A stretch of DNA of 64,000 nucleotides from Alphaproteobacteria bacterium (GTDB lineage: Bacteria > Pseudomonadota > Alphaproteobacteria > SP197). The stretch covers positions 3,584,001 through 3,648,000 of the forward strand of contig OZ245842.1 in the NCBI GenBank assembly GCA_965228895.1, given 5' to 3'. Below, piece by piece: positions 11,099 through 20,412 of the stretch (the stretch's first letter is position 1; each line of letters opens with the position of its first letter). Position numbers and translations under genes: made by a program. The notes under the pieces are model-generated. The model was not told the DNA's origin, searched no databases, and worked only from the letters and a program-made list of their open reading frames with translations.

Positions 11099-11815
11099 TC
11101 AATCGACGAGTTGACGCGCGACGTCCTTCATATCGTCAGCGACGATATCCCACGAGCCTGACGGCGCGAGATCGGTTGTCTGATCAAGCCCATGTTCGGT
11201 AGGACGGCCCACGAACGCGGTCCGAAGCCCCACGTTCTGCGCGGCGACGAGATCGTCATTATGGGCCGCGACCATCATCACCTCTTCGGGCGCCAATCCC
11301 AACGCCTTGGCCGATGCCAGATAAACCTCCGGTTTCGGTTTGTAGGACCGTGCGATTTCCGCGCCCAGCAAGGCATCCCACGGCAGGCCGCCGTATCGTG
11401 CCAGGCGGAGCATCATGGCAATGGAGCCGTTCGAGCAGGTCGCGATCGGATAACAGGCCTTCAGAGCCTTCAGGCCCGGCACGCTGTCGGGCCACGGCGG
11501 CAATCTCTCCCATGCCCGATTGAGTTCTACCCGCCCTTGCTCTTCCACCGCGCCGGCAAGGCCGAACTCCGCCAACGTCGCGTCCAGGTTCTCCCTGTGC
11601 AGGATATCGAGGGCGATGTAACCGCGCCCGCCATCGCGAATCTTTTCCATGGCGGGCTGGTACCTGGACCGCCAGGCATCGGCGAAGGCGACTGCGTCCA
11701 CGTCGACCTCACGCGGTTCGACATACGCTGCCACGTGACGCGCGACACCGGTGCGCCAATCCACGACCGTGCCGAACACGTCGAAGATCAAAGCCTTGAT
11801 ACCGAGGTTTGTCAT
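11099..11815 (-). CDS. Haloacid dehalogenase type II
   Basis: FDVFGTVVDW, SNG, YKPKPEVY, MMVAAHNDDL. Confidence 0.92.
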   Translation of the reverse strand: MTNLGIKALIFDVFGTVVDWRTGVARHVAAYVEPREVDVDAVAFADAWRSRYQPAMEKIRDGGRGYIALDILHRENLDATLAEFGLAGAVEEQGRVELNRAWERLPPWPDSVPGLKALKACYPIATCSNGSIAMMLRLARYGGLPWDALLGAEIARSYKPKPEVYLASAKALGLAPEEVMMVAAHNDDLVAAQNVGLRTAFVGRPTEHGLDQTTDLAPSGSWDIVADDMKDVARQLVD

Positions 11816-11833
11816 GGATCGCGTCCCGCCGCC

Positions 11834-11868
11834 GAACTTGCTATCTCCATCATCTCATAGATGATGGG
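11834..11868. promoter_or_regulatory. Operator/promoter element, copy 1 (contains perfect palindrome CCATCATCT-CAT-AGATGATGG)
   Basis: Palindrome at 11847-11867 in the divergent intergenic region; 30/35 identical to 12632-12666. Confidence 0.7.
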
Positions 11869-11920
11869 TCCATACAGCAGGTGTGCACAGACGCGGCATC
11901 GCAAGGGCGGGTGAACCAAG

Positions 11921-12577
11921 GTGGCAACCGTTTTCATTATCGGCGCGACCGGCGGGGTCGGCCGCAGGCTGGGACCGCTCCTGGTGCAGTCCGGGCACAA
12001 GGTCATCGGCCTGCACCGCAAACCGGAGCAGGCAGCGGGCCTCGCCGAAGGCGGCGTAACACCGGTGCAAGGCGACATCATCGAGATGGACCCGAATGAG
12101 CTTGCCGAGGCGGCACGGGGTGCGGACGTGATCGTCTTTACCGCAGGCGCTGCCGGTAGCGGGCTCGACAGAACGACCGCCATCGACGGCGACGGGCCGA
12201 GCAAGACGATCGAAGCGGCAAAACGTCTTGGCATCACCCGCCTCTACCTCGTCTCTGCCTTTCCCGAAGCAGGTCGCCAGAGGGACCGTTCTGAGGCGTT
12301 CGAGCACTATATGGCCGAAAAGAAGCGTGCCGATGTCGCCGTGGCGGTGTCGGACCTCGACTGGGTTATCCTTCGCCCGGGCACCCTGTTGGACGCGGAA
12401 GGCCAGGGCACCGCGACGATGGGGGCCGCCATCATGTACGGCACCGTTGCCCGCGGCACCGTGGCGCACGCCCTCTGCGCGCTGATCGAACAACCGTCTG
12501 TCCGCCGCGAGATCGTCGAATTGACGGATGGCTCCACGCCCATCGACAAAGCCGTTGCCGCCCTAAGGCAAAGCTGA
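11921..12577 (+). CDS. NAD(P)H-binding oxidoreductase (atypical SDR)
   Basis: IIGATGGVG, VFTAGA, IDGDG, LDWVILRPG; GTG start. Confidence 0.88.
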   Translation: MATVFIIGATGGVGRRLGPLLVQSGHKVIGLHRKPEQAAGLAEGGVTPVQGDIIEMDPNELAEAARGADVIVFTAGAAGSGLDRTTAIDGDGPSKTIEAAKRLGITRLYLVSAFPEAGRQRDRSEAFEHYMAEKKRADVAVAVSDLDWVILRPGTLLDAEGQGTATMGAAIMYGTVARGTVAHALCALIEQPSVRREIVELTDGSTPIDKAVAALRQS

Positions 12578-12631
12578 CCGGCCTTCGCCAACGAAGACGA
12601 GACAACGCTCGACGTTCGAACCTCTCCCCCG

Positions 12632-12666
12632 GAACTTGCTATCTCCACTACCACATGGATGATGGG
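12632..12666. promoter_or_regulatory. Operator/promoter element, copy 2
   Basis: GAACTTGCTATCTCCACTACCACATGGATGATGGG, direct repeat of 11834-11868, ending about 25 nt before the P450 GTG. Confidence 0.7.
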
Positions 12667-12690
12667 CGCACACACCAGGAGAGGACTACA

Positions 12691-13926
12691 GTGACCGAGA
12701 GCCTCGACGACATTCAACTCGCCGAGCCGAGTTTCTGGAGGCGGCCCGACAAGTACGAGCTCCTCGCACGTTTCCGCCGGGAACGGCCGGTCGCGCGTCA
12801 GAAGACGCACGGAGAGGACGGATTCTTCTGGTCGCTGACGCGCCATAAGGAAACGCGCGAGATCACCAAGGACCACAACCTGTTCGTCTCGCGTCACGGC
12901 ACCGGCATGGCGAGTTCCATGGAATCACCGGAGCTGGCCTACGAGATCGCCGGTATGGTGAACCGCGATCCTCCCATCCACCCGCGCTTGAGAAAGGTTG
13001 TGGCCAAGGTCTTCACACCGCGGCTGCTGAAAGATATCGAGGGCAGCATCGCGCAATCCGCCCGGACCGTGATCGGGTCGATCAGCGAACGCGGCACATG
13101 CGACTTCGCCGCCGATGTTGCCGGCAAGATGCCGACCAAGGTGATCTGCGACATGCTCGGCGTCGCCGATGGGGAAATCCGCGACTGGCTGGCACGGATG
13201 AGTATCGAGGCGCAGGGCTACGGCGACGAAGGTGTCGGCGACGAGACCGAAGCGCTCAATGCCTTCATTGCGTTAAACGACTATGGCGAGGAGCTCAGCC
13301 GCGAACGCCGCAGGGCGCCGGCAGACGATCTGCTGACGATGATGGTGGAGGCCGACGCTGACGGCGAGAAGCTGACTGACCGCGACGTCGGCATCTATTT
13401 CCAGCTTCTGATCACCGCCGGTGTAGAGACAACCGGCAGCTCGATTGCCCAGGGCATGCGCTTTCTGGCCGAGCATCCCGATCAGTGGCGCGCCTGGCGC
13501 GACGATTATGAAGGGCTGGTCGGCACGGCGCTGGAGGAGATCGTCCGTTACGGAACCCCGGTTGTGCATTTCGGACGTACGGTGGCGGAGGATACGGAGA
13601 TCCTCGGCCAGCCGATTGCGGCCGGCGAACAGGTCGTCTTCTGGTACACCTCGGCCAACCGCGACGAGACCGTGTTCGACGATCCCGAGCGCTTCGACAT
13701 TCGGCGCACACCGAACGACCATGTGGGATATGGCGGCGGCGGCGTGCACCACTGCCTGGGCATGCATCTGGCCCGGCGCGAGATGTATCACTTCTTCAAG
13801 ACGTTGTTCGAGACCCTGCCCGACCTCGAGGTCGATCTCGACGGCATGACGGAAATCAACGCGCTCTTCATCAACGGCATGCGCCACCTGCCCTGCCGTT
13901 ACACGCCGGTCAGGATGGACGCATGA
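12691..13926 (+). CDS. Cytochrome P450 (CYP124/125-like heme motif)
   Basis: I-helix AGVETT, EEIVR (ExxR), SANRDE, GGGGVHHCLG heme Cys; RBS GGAGAGGA then GTG. Confidence 0.95.
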   Translation: MTESLDDIQLAEPSFWRRPDKYELLARFRRERPVARQKTHGEDGFFWSLTRHKETREITKDHNLFVSRHGTGMASSMESPELAYEIAGMVNRDPPIHPRLRKVVAKVFTPRLLKDIEGSIAQSARTVIGSISERGTCDFAADVAGKMPTKVICDMLGVADGEIRDWLARMSIEAQGYGDEGVGDETEALNAFIALNDYGEELSRERRRAPADDLLTMMVEADADGEKLTDRDVGIYFQLLITAGVETTGSSIAQGMRFLAEHPDQWRAWRDDYEGLVGTALEEIVRYGTPVVHFGRTVAEDTEILGQPIAAGEQVVFWYTSANRDETVFDDPERFDIRRTPNDHVGYGGGGVHHCLGMHLARREMYHFFKTLFETLPDLEVDLDGMTEINALFINGMRHLPCRYTPVRMDA

Positions 13927-14744
13927 GCTTCGACGGCAAGGCCATCGTCGTGACCGGCGCGAACTCCGGTATCGCTGCCGCCACGGCGCGGCTTTTGACC
14001 GAACGTGGCGCGCGGGTCATCGGCCTCGACCGGAACGGCGACGGCGCCGGCCTCGCAGATTTCCACACCTTCGACCTCACCGACTCCGCCTCCATCGACG
14101 CGGCGCTCGGCTTGATCGACGAACCTTTGCACGGTCTCGCCAACGTGGCGGGCGTGCCCGGCAGTTTCGACGGCGAGACGGTCATGCAGGTGAACTTTCT
14201 GGGATTGCGCCACGTCACCGAAACGCTCCTGCCACGCCTGGAACCGGGCAGCGCCATTGTGCAGGTCGCCTCGGATGCCGGTTCGGGATGGCGCGACGAG
14301 CTCGATCTGATCCGCGAACTCATGCGCCAGCGCACCTATGAGGCAGGCCTTGCCTGGGTTCGCGAGCACCCCTTGAGCGGGCCGGACGCCTACAGCTTCT
14401 CCAAGGCGTGCGCGATCGTCTACGCGCTGGCCGGTTCGATGCTGGCACAACCCTATGGCGTGCGGTCGCTCTCCGTCAGCCCGGGTGCCGTCGAAACGCC
14501 AATCCTGAAAGACTTCTACGCCACCATGAGCAACAAGATCCTCGATCGCCAGATGGCGCAGTCCGGCGGACGCAACGCGGAGCCTGAGGAGATCGCCAAG
14601 GTGATCGCCTTTGCGCTGTCGGAAGACGCCGCCTGGCTCAACGGCACCGACATCGTCGCCGACGGCGGCGGCGGCATACCGTTCTACTTCGACATGCTCG
14701 ATATCGACGCCAAAGACGCCGCCAAAACCTTCTTCGGTTCTTGA
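13923..14744 (+). CDS. SDR, coniferyl-alcohol / 3-alpha-hydroxysteroid dehydrogenase-like
   Basis: VTGANSGI, NVAGVPG, VNFLG, YSFSK (YxxxK), PGAVETPIL; ATGA overlap with the P450. Confidence 0.85.
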   Translation: MSFDGKAIVVTGANSGIAAATARLLTERGARVIGLDRNGDGAGLADFHTFDLTDSASIDAALGLIDEPLHGLANVAGVPGSFDGETVMQVNFLGLRHVTETLLPRLEPGSAIVQVASDAGSGWRDELDLIRELMRQRTYEAGLAWVREHPLSGPDAYSFSKACAIVYALAGSMLAQPYGVRSLSVSPGAVETPILKDFYATMSNKILDRQMAQSGGRNAEPEEIAKVIAFALSEDAAWLNGTDIVADGGGGIPFYFDMLDIDAKDAAKTFFGS

Positions 14745-14830
14745 GAACGTACGCAGGCGTCCTGGTAGGCACGGCTGTGATGGTTCAATAATATCAGCGG
14801 CGATCTGTGCGTTATCGGGGGGATAGGACG

Positions 14831-15385
14831 ATGCACCTGGCACGACGCTGCATGTTGTTGGCGCTGATCACGATGTTTCTGGGTACACCGGCGCAGGCGG
14901 CAGAAATCGTTCGTGATCCCACACTGATTGCATCCATGCCAATCCGGGGCGTGACACTGGACATGACGCCACGAGAGGCCTTCGAACATCTTATCGCCAT
15001 GGGTTACAACGCCGGCGATATCACGACCTATGACGATTGGGATACCGGTGGATTGAACTTGGTTCTCGGCGACTTCGGGGCGCCGGAAGGCCGGTCGGAG
15101 ATATCGTTGTCGCGCACCGCAGCGGGCGACCGCCTGGTCAACATCTCCGAAACGCTCAACGCGCCGCCGGGGACAATCGACTCGCATGCGGAAATCAACG
15201 CCATTCAGGCCCACTTCGGTATCGCGCTTGATGACCCCAACTGCCACGTCAACGAGCACGACACCGGTGCATGCCGCGTCGGTGACGCCGCGGAAAACGC
15301 CAACCATGCCTATGGCATCAACGCATTTCCGACGATGATTCTGCGCTACGCCACGCGCAACCACGAAATGAAAGACTCTTACTGA
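14831..15385 (+). CDS. Hypothetical secreted protein
   Basis: Sec-type signal ending AQA-A; plausible codon usage; RBS GGATAGGA; Cys pair. Confidence 0.7.
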   Translation: MHLARRCMLLALITMFLGTPAQAAEIVRDPTLIASMPIRGVTLDMTPREAFEHLIAMGYNAGDITTYDDWDTGGLNLVLGDFGAPEGRSEISLSRTAAGDRLVNISETLNAPPGTIDSHAEINAIQAHFGIALDDPNCHVNEHDTGACRVGDAAENANHAYGINAFPTMILRYATRNHEMKDSY

Positions 15386-15435
15386 CAGTTGGCCCAGTGA
15401 ACAACGTCGACGCGCCGGACACGGTCACCCATCGT

Positions 15436-15861
15436 TCAATGGTCGTCAGGACCCGACTTTCTGCGTTGCCGCTTCAGCTCTCCACGCCGTCGTTTGCCCT
15501 CGGCAACCCGACGCTTGGATGAGGCTGAGGGTTTCGTCGGACGACGGCGTGCGGGCGGCGTGGCGGCGTCACGAATCAGCGCGACCAAACGCTCCAAGGC
15601 ATCTTGGCGGTTCCTGTTCTGTGACCGGAACTGATTGGCGGTCAGGACGATCACGCCGTCGCGCGTCATGCGGCTTCCGGCCAGTGACCTCAAACGCCGG
15701 AAGACAGCGCCGGACAAAGCCGGGCTGTTGGCGGCATCGAAGCGCAATTGAACGGCACTCGCGACCTTGTTGACGTTTTGGCCACCGGGCCCCGGTGCTC
15801 GGATGAAGTGTTCCTCGACCTCGTCTTCGGAAAGGCTGATGGTGTTGGTGATGCGTATCAA
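15436..15861 (-). CDS. arfB: Alternative ribosome rescue peptidyl-tRNA hydrolase ArfB
   Basis: GPGGQNVNKV motif, RSQNRN, basic C-terminal tail. Confidence 0.95.
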   Translation of the reverse strand: MIRITNTISLSEDEVEEHFIRAPGPGGQNVNKVASAVQLRFDAANSPALSGAVFRRLRSLAGSRMTRDGVIVLTANQFRSQNRNRQDALERLVALIRDAATPPARRRPTKPSASSKRRVAEGKRRRGELKRQRRKSGPDDH

Positions 15862-15890
15862 GGTGGAGCCCGGTCGACCGTCAGCGTCCC

Positions 15891-16499
15891 TCAGACCAGG
15901 CCGCTACGCTTGGCGAAGGGATCCCAACTCGGATCATCGTGCCACTCGTATTCCGTCCCCTCCGCGATCTCCTTGGCGGTGTCCTTGTCGAACAGATGGG
16001 CGATGGCGGCGAGCGTCATATCCATGCCGGCCGACACGCCCGATGACGTAAAGAACTTGCCGTCCTCAACCCATCGGGCTTGCCGCACCCAATCGACTTC
16101 GGGACCAAGTGGCACGGTCTTCGTGAAGTCCAGCTTGTTGGTCGTGGCCCGACGGCCATCGAGCAACCCCGTCGTCGCGAGCAGAATGCTGCCCGTGCAC
16201 ACGGTCATGACGAGATCGGCACGGTTCGCCGTCGCGACGATCCAGTCGGCGATGGCACTGCTTTTTGCCGCCTCGAGCGCACTGTCACCACCGGGTATCA
16301 GAAGCAGGTCATAACCGCTGCCGTCAGCCACCGTCTTGTCGACCGAAAGTCCTTGCCCGTGAACGCTGGGAACCGGCGCCGGTGTCTCCGCCACAATGGT
16401 GATCGCGATCTCATCGCCGAGATCGCCCAGCATTTCGAGCGGGCCGAAGAGATCGAGGGTTTGGAAGCCCGGGAAAACGAGCGCGGCAAGTGTCTTCAT
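15891..16499 (-). CDS. DJ-1/PfpI family protein (isonitrile hydratase-like)
   Basis: LDLFGP, LLIPGG, TVCTGS nucleophile Cys, TSSGVSAGMD. Confidence 0.9.
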   Translation of the reverse strand: MKTLAALVFPGFQTLDLFGPLEMLGDLGDEIAITIVAETPAPVPSVHGQGLSVDKTVADGSGYDLLLIPGGDSALEAAKSSAIADWIVATANRADLVMTVCTGSILLATTGLLDGRRATTNKLDFTKTVPLGPEVDWVRQARWVEDGKFFTSSGVSAGMDMTLAAIAHLFDKDTAKEIAEGTEYEWHDDPSWDPFAKRSGLV

Positions 16500-16523
16500 T
16501 GATTGTCCTTCGGTGGATGCTGT

Positions 16524-18038
16524 TTAGCGCAGTGTCGCCTTGTGCTCGGTGTCCTGCCAGGGTTCGCGGAAGCTGCGCTGGTAGTATCGCCAGGGGTCGT
16601 TATCAACCGCGTAATCCCAGACCGGCGGGTTGGCCTTCTCATAGGTCTCATAGATCAGCATGCGTCGCTGCCAACTCTCCTCGACATCCGCTTCCCATCG
16701 TTTGAGGTCCCACTTGGCGTCGACCGCGGCCTGCATGGACGTCACGACATCGGCACAATCCGGATCTGCCGCCAGGTTGTTCAGCTCTTGGGGATCGCTC
16801 GCCAGGTCGAACAGCATCGGGGGGTCGGCTTCGCAGTGAATAAACTTGTGGCTGCCGCGTTTCACCATGACGCCGGGCTTGACGCAACCCTCCGCGGCGA
16901 TCTCGGCATAGACCGTATCGTCATACCCGGCTGTTTCGCCGCTTTCGACAAGCGGTACCAGGCTGCGGCCTTCGATCGGCGTCGCCAATGCGGGTGGCTT
17001 TCCCTGGCTCGCGAGATCCAGCAAGGTCGGGAACAGGTCGACCAGAGAGACGTTCGTCGGCACCCGCCTCGGCGCGAACCGGCCCGGCGCGTGCAGGATG
17101 AACGGCACACGCATGGTCGATTCGAAGAAATTGACGATGCACCACATGCCGCGCTCGCCAATCATGGCCCCGTGGTCGGCGGTGATGATGACGATGGTGT
17201 CGTCGGCCAGCTTCGTGTCGTCTAACGCGTTGAGCAAGCGGCCGACCTGTTGATCGATGAAACTCACCATGGCGTAAAAGCCATGGCGCGCGCGCACGAT
17301 CTGCTCGTCCGTCAGCGCGTTCTCATCAATCCCCATCAGCTCATAAAGCCGCCTGCTGTGGGCGTCCCAGTCGGCTTCATCGAGCAGCGGCACCGCGGGA
17401 AGACCGATCTCGTCGTCGCTATAGCGATCCCAGCACTCCTGCGTCGTGCGGTAGGGTTCATGCGGCTCGATGTATGACACCGTCAACAGGAACGGATTGA
17501 GGTCGGGATCGCGGGCGATGTCATACAAACGGCGGATCGCCCGATGGGAGACCTCCTCATCGAAATCGATGCCCAGCGTCCGCGCGGCAACACCGGACTC
17601 GCGGATCGGGTCGACATTCGGCCACTCGCCGTCCAACTCCCGCGTTGGCATCCACCCGAAATCCGCCGGCACGGTGTCGGTCGTCAGCCGCTCGTCGAAC
17701 CCGTGAAGCTGATCGGGACCGACAAAGTGCATCTTGCCGGACAGTTCGCATCGATAGCCAAGCCTGCGGAGATAGTGGGCAAAGGTGGGAATGCTGGCCG
17801 GGAACTCCGCGCCATTGTCGTGAACGCCGATCCGCGATGGCAGCAGGCTCGCCATCATCGATGCCCGCGAGGGCGCACAAAGCGGATAGTTGCAATAGGC
17901 GTTCTCGAACACCACGCCTTCGTCGGCGAGCCGCGCCATGTTCGGTGTCTTCGCGATGGTGTTGCCGTAGGGCGGCAGAACCAGAGCGCCCATGAAGTCG
18001 GCCATGATGATGAGGAAGTTCGGCTTCTTGGCGGTCAT
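16524..18038 (-). CDS. betC: Choline-sulfatase
   Basis: Formylglycine motif PLCAPSRAS; DNGAEFPASIPTFAHYLR; SGKMHFVGPDQLHGFDERLTTD as in BetC. Confidence 0.82.
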   Translation of the reverse strand: MTAKKPNFLIIMADFMGALVLPPYGNTIAKTPNMARLADEGVVFENAYCNYPLCAPSRASMMASLLPSRIGVHDNGAEFPASIPTFAHYLRRLGYRCELSGKMHFVGPDQLHGFDERLTTDTVPADFGWMPTRELDGEWPNVDPIRESGVAARTLGIDFDEEVSHRAIRRLYDIARDPDLNPFLLTVSYIEPHEPYRTTQECWDRYSDDEIGLPAVPLLDEADWDAHSRRLYELMGIDENALTDEQIVRARHGFYAMVSFIDQQVGRLLNALDDTKLADDTIVIITADHGAMIGERGMWCIVNFFESTMRVPFILHAPGRFAPRRVPTNVSLVDLFPTLLDLASQGKPPALATPIEGRSLVPLVESGETAGYDDTVYAEIAAEGCVKPGVMVKRGSHKFIHCEADPPMLFDLASDPQELNNLAADPDCADVVTSMQAAVDAKWDLKRWEADVEESWQRRMLIYETYEKANPPVWDYAVDNDPWRYYQRSFREPWQDTEHKATLR

Positions 18039-18137
18039 GTCGCTATCCCGATCTGCTGTTCACTGGTCAGGTCACGTCAACCATCGAAACGCGCCGAGAC
18101 GTCTAAGGACCGCCTCGACGCGTTGGCCTGTACTGGA

Positions 18138-18884
18138 TCACAGGTTCTGCGCGCCGTCGACGGCGATGACTTGGCCGGTCACCCAGCTTGCCGCGTCCGA
18201 CAGCAGAAAGGCGGCGACGCGGGCGACCTCGTCCGGTCCGCCAAAGCGGCCGAACGGGATCGACGCCAGAGTCGCCTCGTAGTCCGCCGGGCTCTCGGCC
18301 TTCACCTTTTGCCAGAGCCCGCCGGGGAAGTCGATCGAGCCCGGCGCGATGGCGTTGACGCGGATCTTGTCGGCGGCAAACGAACGCGCGTGCGACTGGC
18401 TCAACTGGTTCACCGCCGCCTTGGCCGCGCCATAGGGGAACCCGCCGGAAGCGCCGATACCGGAAATCGACGACGTGTTGACAATCGATCCACCACCGGC
18501 CGATTTCAGATGCGGCAAGGCGGCCCAGGTGGTGCGCACCGTGCCCATCAGATCGACCTCCATACTCTGGCGCCAACCGGTCTCGTCATCGCTGCTGCCG
18601 AAACCCGACGGGTTGTTGGCAAGGCCATGCAGACCGCCCAGCGCCTCGACCGCGCGGTCGACAAAATGGGTGACCTGATCGGGATCGCCGACATCGCAGG
18701 TCGCCGCAAAGACCGCACCGCCATGGGCTTCGAGCTGCTCGCGCGCGGCGTCCAGATGGTCGGGCCGGCGCCCGCAAATGGCGACCGACGCGCCTTCCAC
18801 GGCACAGGCTTCCGCGATGGCAAGGCCGATGCCCCGCGTCGAACCGGTCACGATAACTGCCTTTCCCGATAGCCCGAGGTCCAT
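18138..18884 (-). CDS. SDR family oxidoreductase
   Basis: TGSTRGIG, YGAAK, IRVNAIAPG. Confidence 0.92.
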   Translation of the reverse strand: MDLGLSGKAVIVTGSTRGIGLAIAEACAVEGASVAICGRRPDHLDAAREQLEAHGGAVFAATCDVGDPDQVTHFVDRAVEALGGLHGLANNPSGFGSSDDETGWRQSMEVDLMGTVRTTWAALPHLKSAGGGSIVNTSSISGIGASGGFPYGAAKAAVNQLSQSHARSFAADKIRVNAIAPGSIDFPGGLWQKVKAESPADYEATLASIPFGRFGGPDEVARVAAFLLSDAASWVTGQVIAVDGAQNL

Positions 18885-18964
18885 GGTCTACTCCTTTTTG
18901 AGGTGCTGACGGCCGCCGGCTGACTCCATAGACTGCGCGCGCCACAGCGACAAGGGGTGCGGCG

Positions 18965-20350
18965 ATGGACGCGACCGATCTCTGCTATCTCTCCGCCGTC
19001 GAGCAGAAGAGTTTGCTCGACAGGAAGGAGATGAGCACCGTCGAGCTGATCGATGCCCATGCCGACCGCATCGAGCGGATCAATCCGACGATCAACGCGT
19101 TCGTCACCCTACGCCTGGACGGCGCCCGCGACGATGCCAAGGCGGCGGACGCGGCGCGCGCGAAAGGTGGTGATCTCGGGGTGCTGCACGGCCTGCCGGT
19201 CGGCGTGAAGGACTGTTTCGCGACCAAGGGCCTGCGCACGACCTATGCGTCGCTGGCGTTCAAGGACTACGTCCCCGATTTCGACCATCTGGTGGTCGAG
19301 CGCGAGAAAGCCGCCGGCGCCATCGTGCTCGGCAAGCTCAACACGCCGGAATACACGATGGCGCGCAACACCTGCGACAACCCGGTGTTCGGTCCGACGC
19401 GCAACCCCTATGACCTCACCAAATGTCCGGGCTCCAGCAGCGGCGGCAGCGGTGCCGCGCTTGCCGCCGGACTGACGCCGCTGGCTGACGGGTCGGATAT
19501 CGGCGGCTCGGTGCGCAATCCGGCCGCCTGGTGCAACATCGTCGGCCACCGCCCGACCGCCTTCATGATCCCAGACGTGCCCAATCCCTTGCCCTGGCAC
19601 AACATGAACACGCCGGGGCCCATGACGCGCACGGTTGCCGATGCCGCGCTCTTCCTGTCGGCGCTCGCGGGGCCGGACCGGCGAGCGCCCACGCACGTGC
19701 AAGCGCCCTTCCCGCCCGGGCTTCCGGATCTCACACGCGACCTCAAGGGTCTTAGGATCGGCTGGGCCTCAGATCACGGATCGATCGATATCGATGCCGC
19801 TATCGCCCGCCAGTTCCACGAGCAACGCACCGTCTTCAAGGACCTCGGCTGTGATGTCGGCGACCACGACGTCGACCTTCGTGGCCTCTACGACGGCGCC
19901 TATGACGTACTCGCTCATCAGCGCGTCGCCGCCGAGGTCGAACCCGCCCGTGGACGCGGACTTGATCCGGGTCTAGAGGAACGGGCAGCGTGGTCGCGCG
20001 GCCTCAGCGGCGATCAGATCCTGGAGGCCGAGGCGCGCCGTCTCAGGTTGTGGCGCGACATGACCGCGGCGTTCGAGGCCTTCGATGTCCTGATCTGGCC
20101 GAACGATCCCCTGGACCCCTTTGGCTTCGATGATGACGCCGCCGGCGACAACATCGACTGGAGCCTGCTGACCGTCGCACCGCTGCTCGGCCTGCCCGCC
20201 ATCACCGTACCGTCCGGCTTCTCTGAAACCGGCCTGCCGCGCGGCCTGCAGGTCCATGGCCGTCCGGGCGACGATCTATTGATTTTGCAGGTGGCGTACG
20301 CCTATGAACAGGCCACCGGCCACGGTAAACGGCGCCCGGTGTTGGATTGA
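18965..20350 (+). CDS. Amidase signature family protein
   Basis: GLPVGVKD, GSSSGGS, GSDIGGSVRNPA (Lys-cisSer-Ser triad). Confidence 0.93.
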   Translation: MDATDLCYLSAVEQKSLLDRKEMSTVELIDAHADRIERINPTINAFVTLRLDGARDDAKAADAARAKGGDLGVLHGLPVGVKDCFATKGLRTTYASLAFKDYVPDFDHLVVEREKAAGAIVLGKLNTPEYTMARNTCDNPVFGPTRNPYDLTKCPGSSSGGSGAALAAGLTPLADGSDIGGSVRNPAAWCNIVGHRPTAFMIPDVPNPLPWHNMNTPGPMTRTVADAALFLSALAGPDRRAPTHVQAPFPPGLPDLTRDLKGLRIGWASDHGSIDIDAAIARQFHEQRTVFKDLGCDVGDHDVDLRGLYDGAYDVLAHQRVAAEVEPARGRGLDPGLEERAAWSRGLSGDQILEAEARRLRLWRDMTAAFEAFDVLIWPNDPLDPFGFDDDAAGDNIDWSLLTVAPLLGLPAITVPSGFSETGLPRGLQVHGRPGDDLLILQVAYAYEQATGHGKRRPVLD

Positions 20351-20412
20351 CCCACGGACGACTGTGATCGCGGTCGTGGCGCCTTCCTATCATTAGGCGC
20401 TAAAAGACCACT

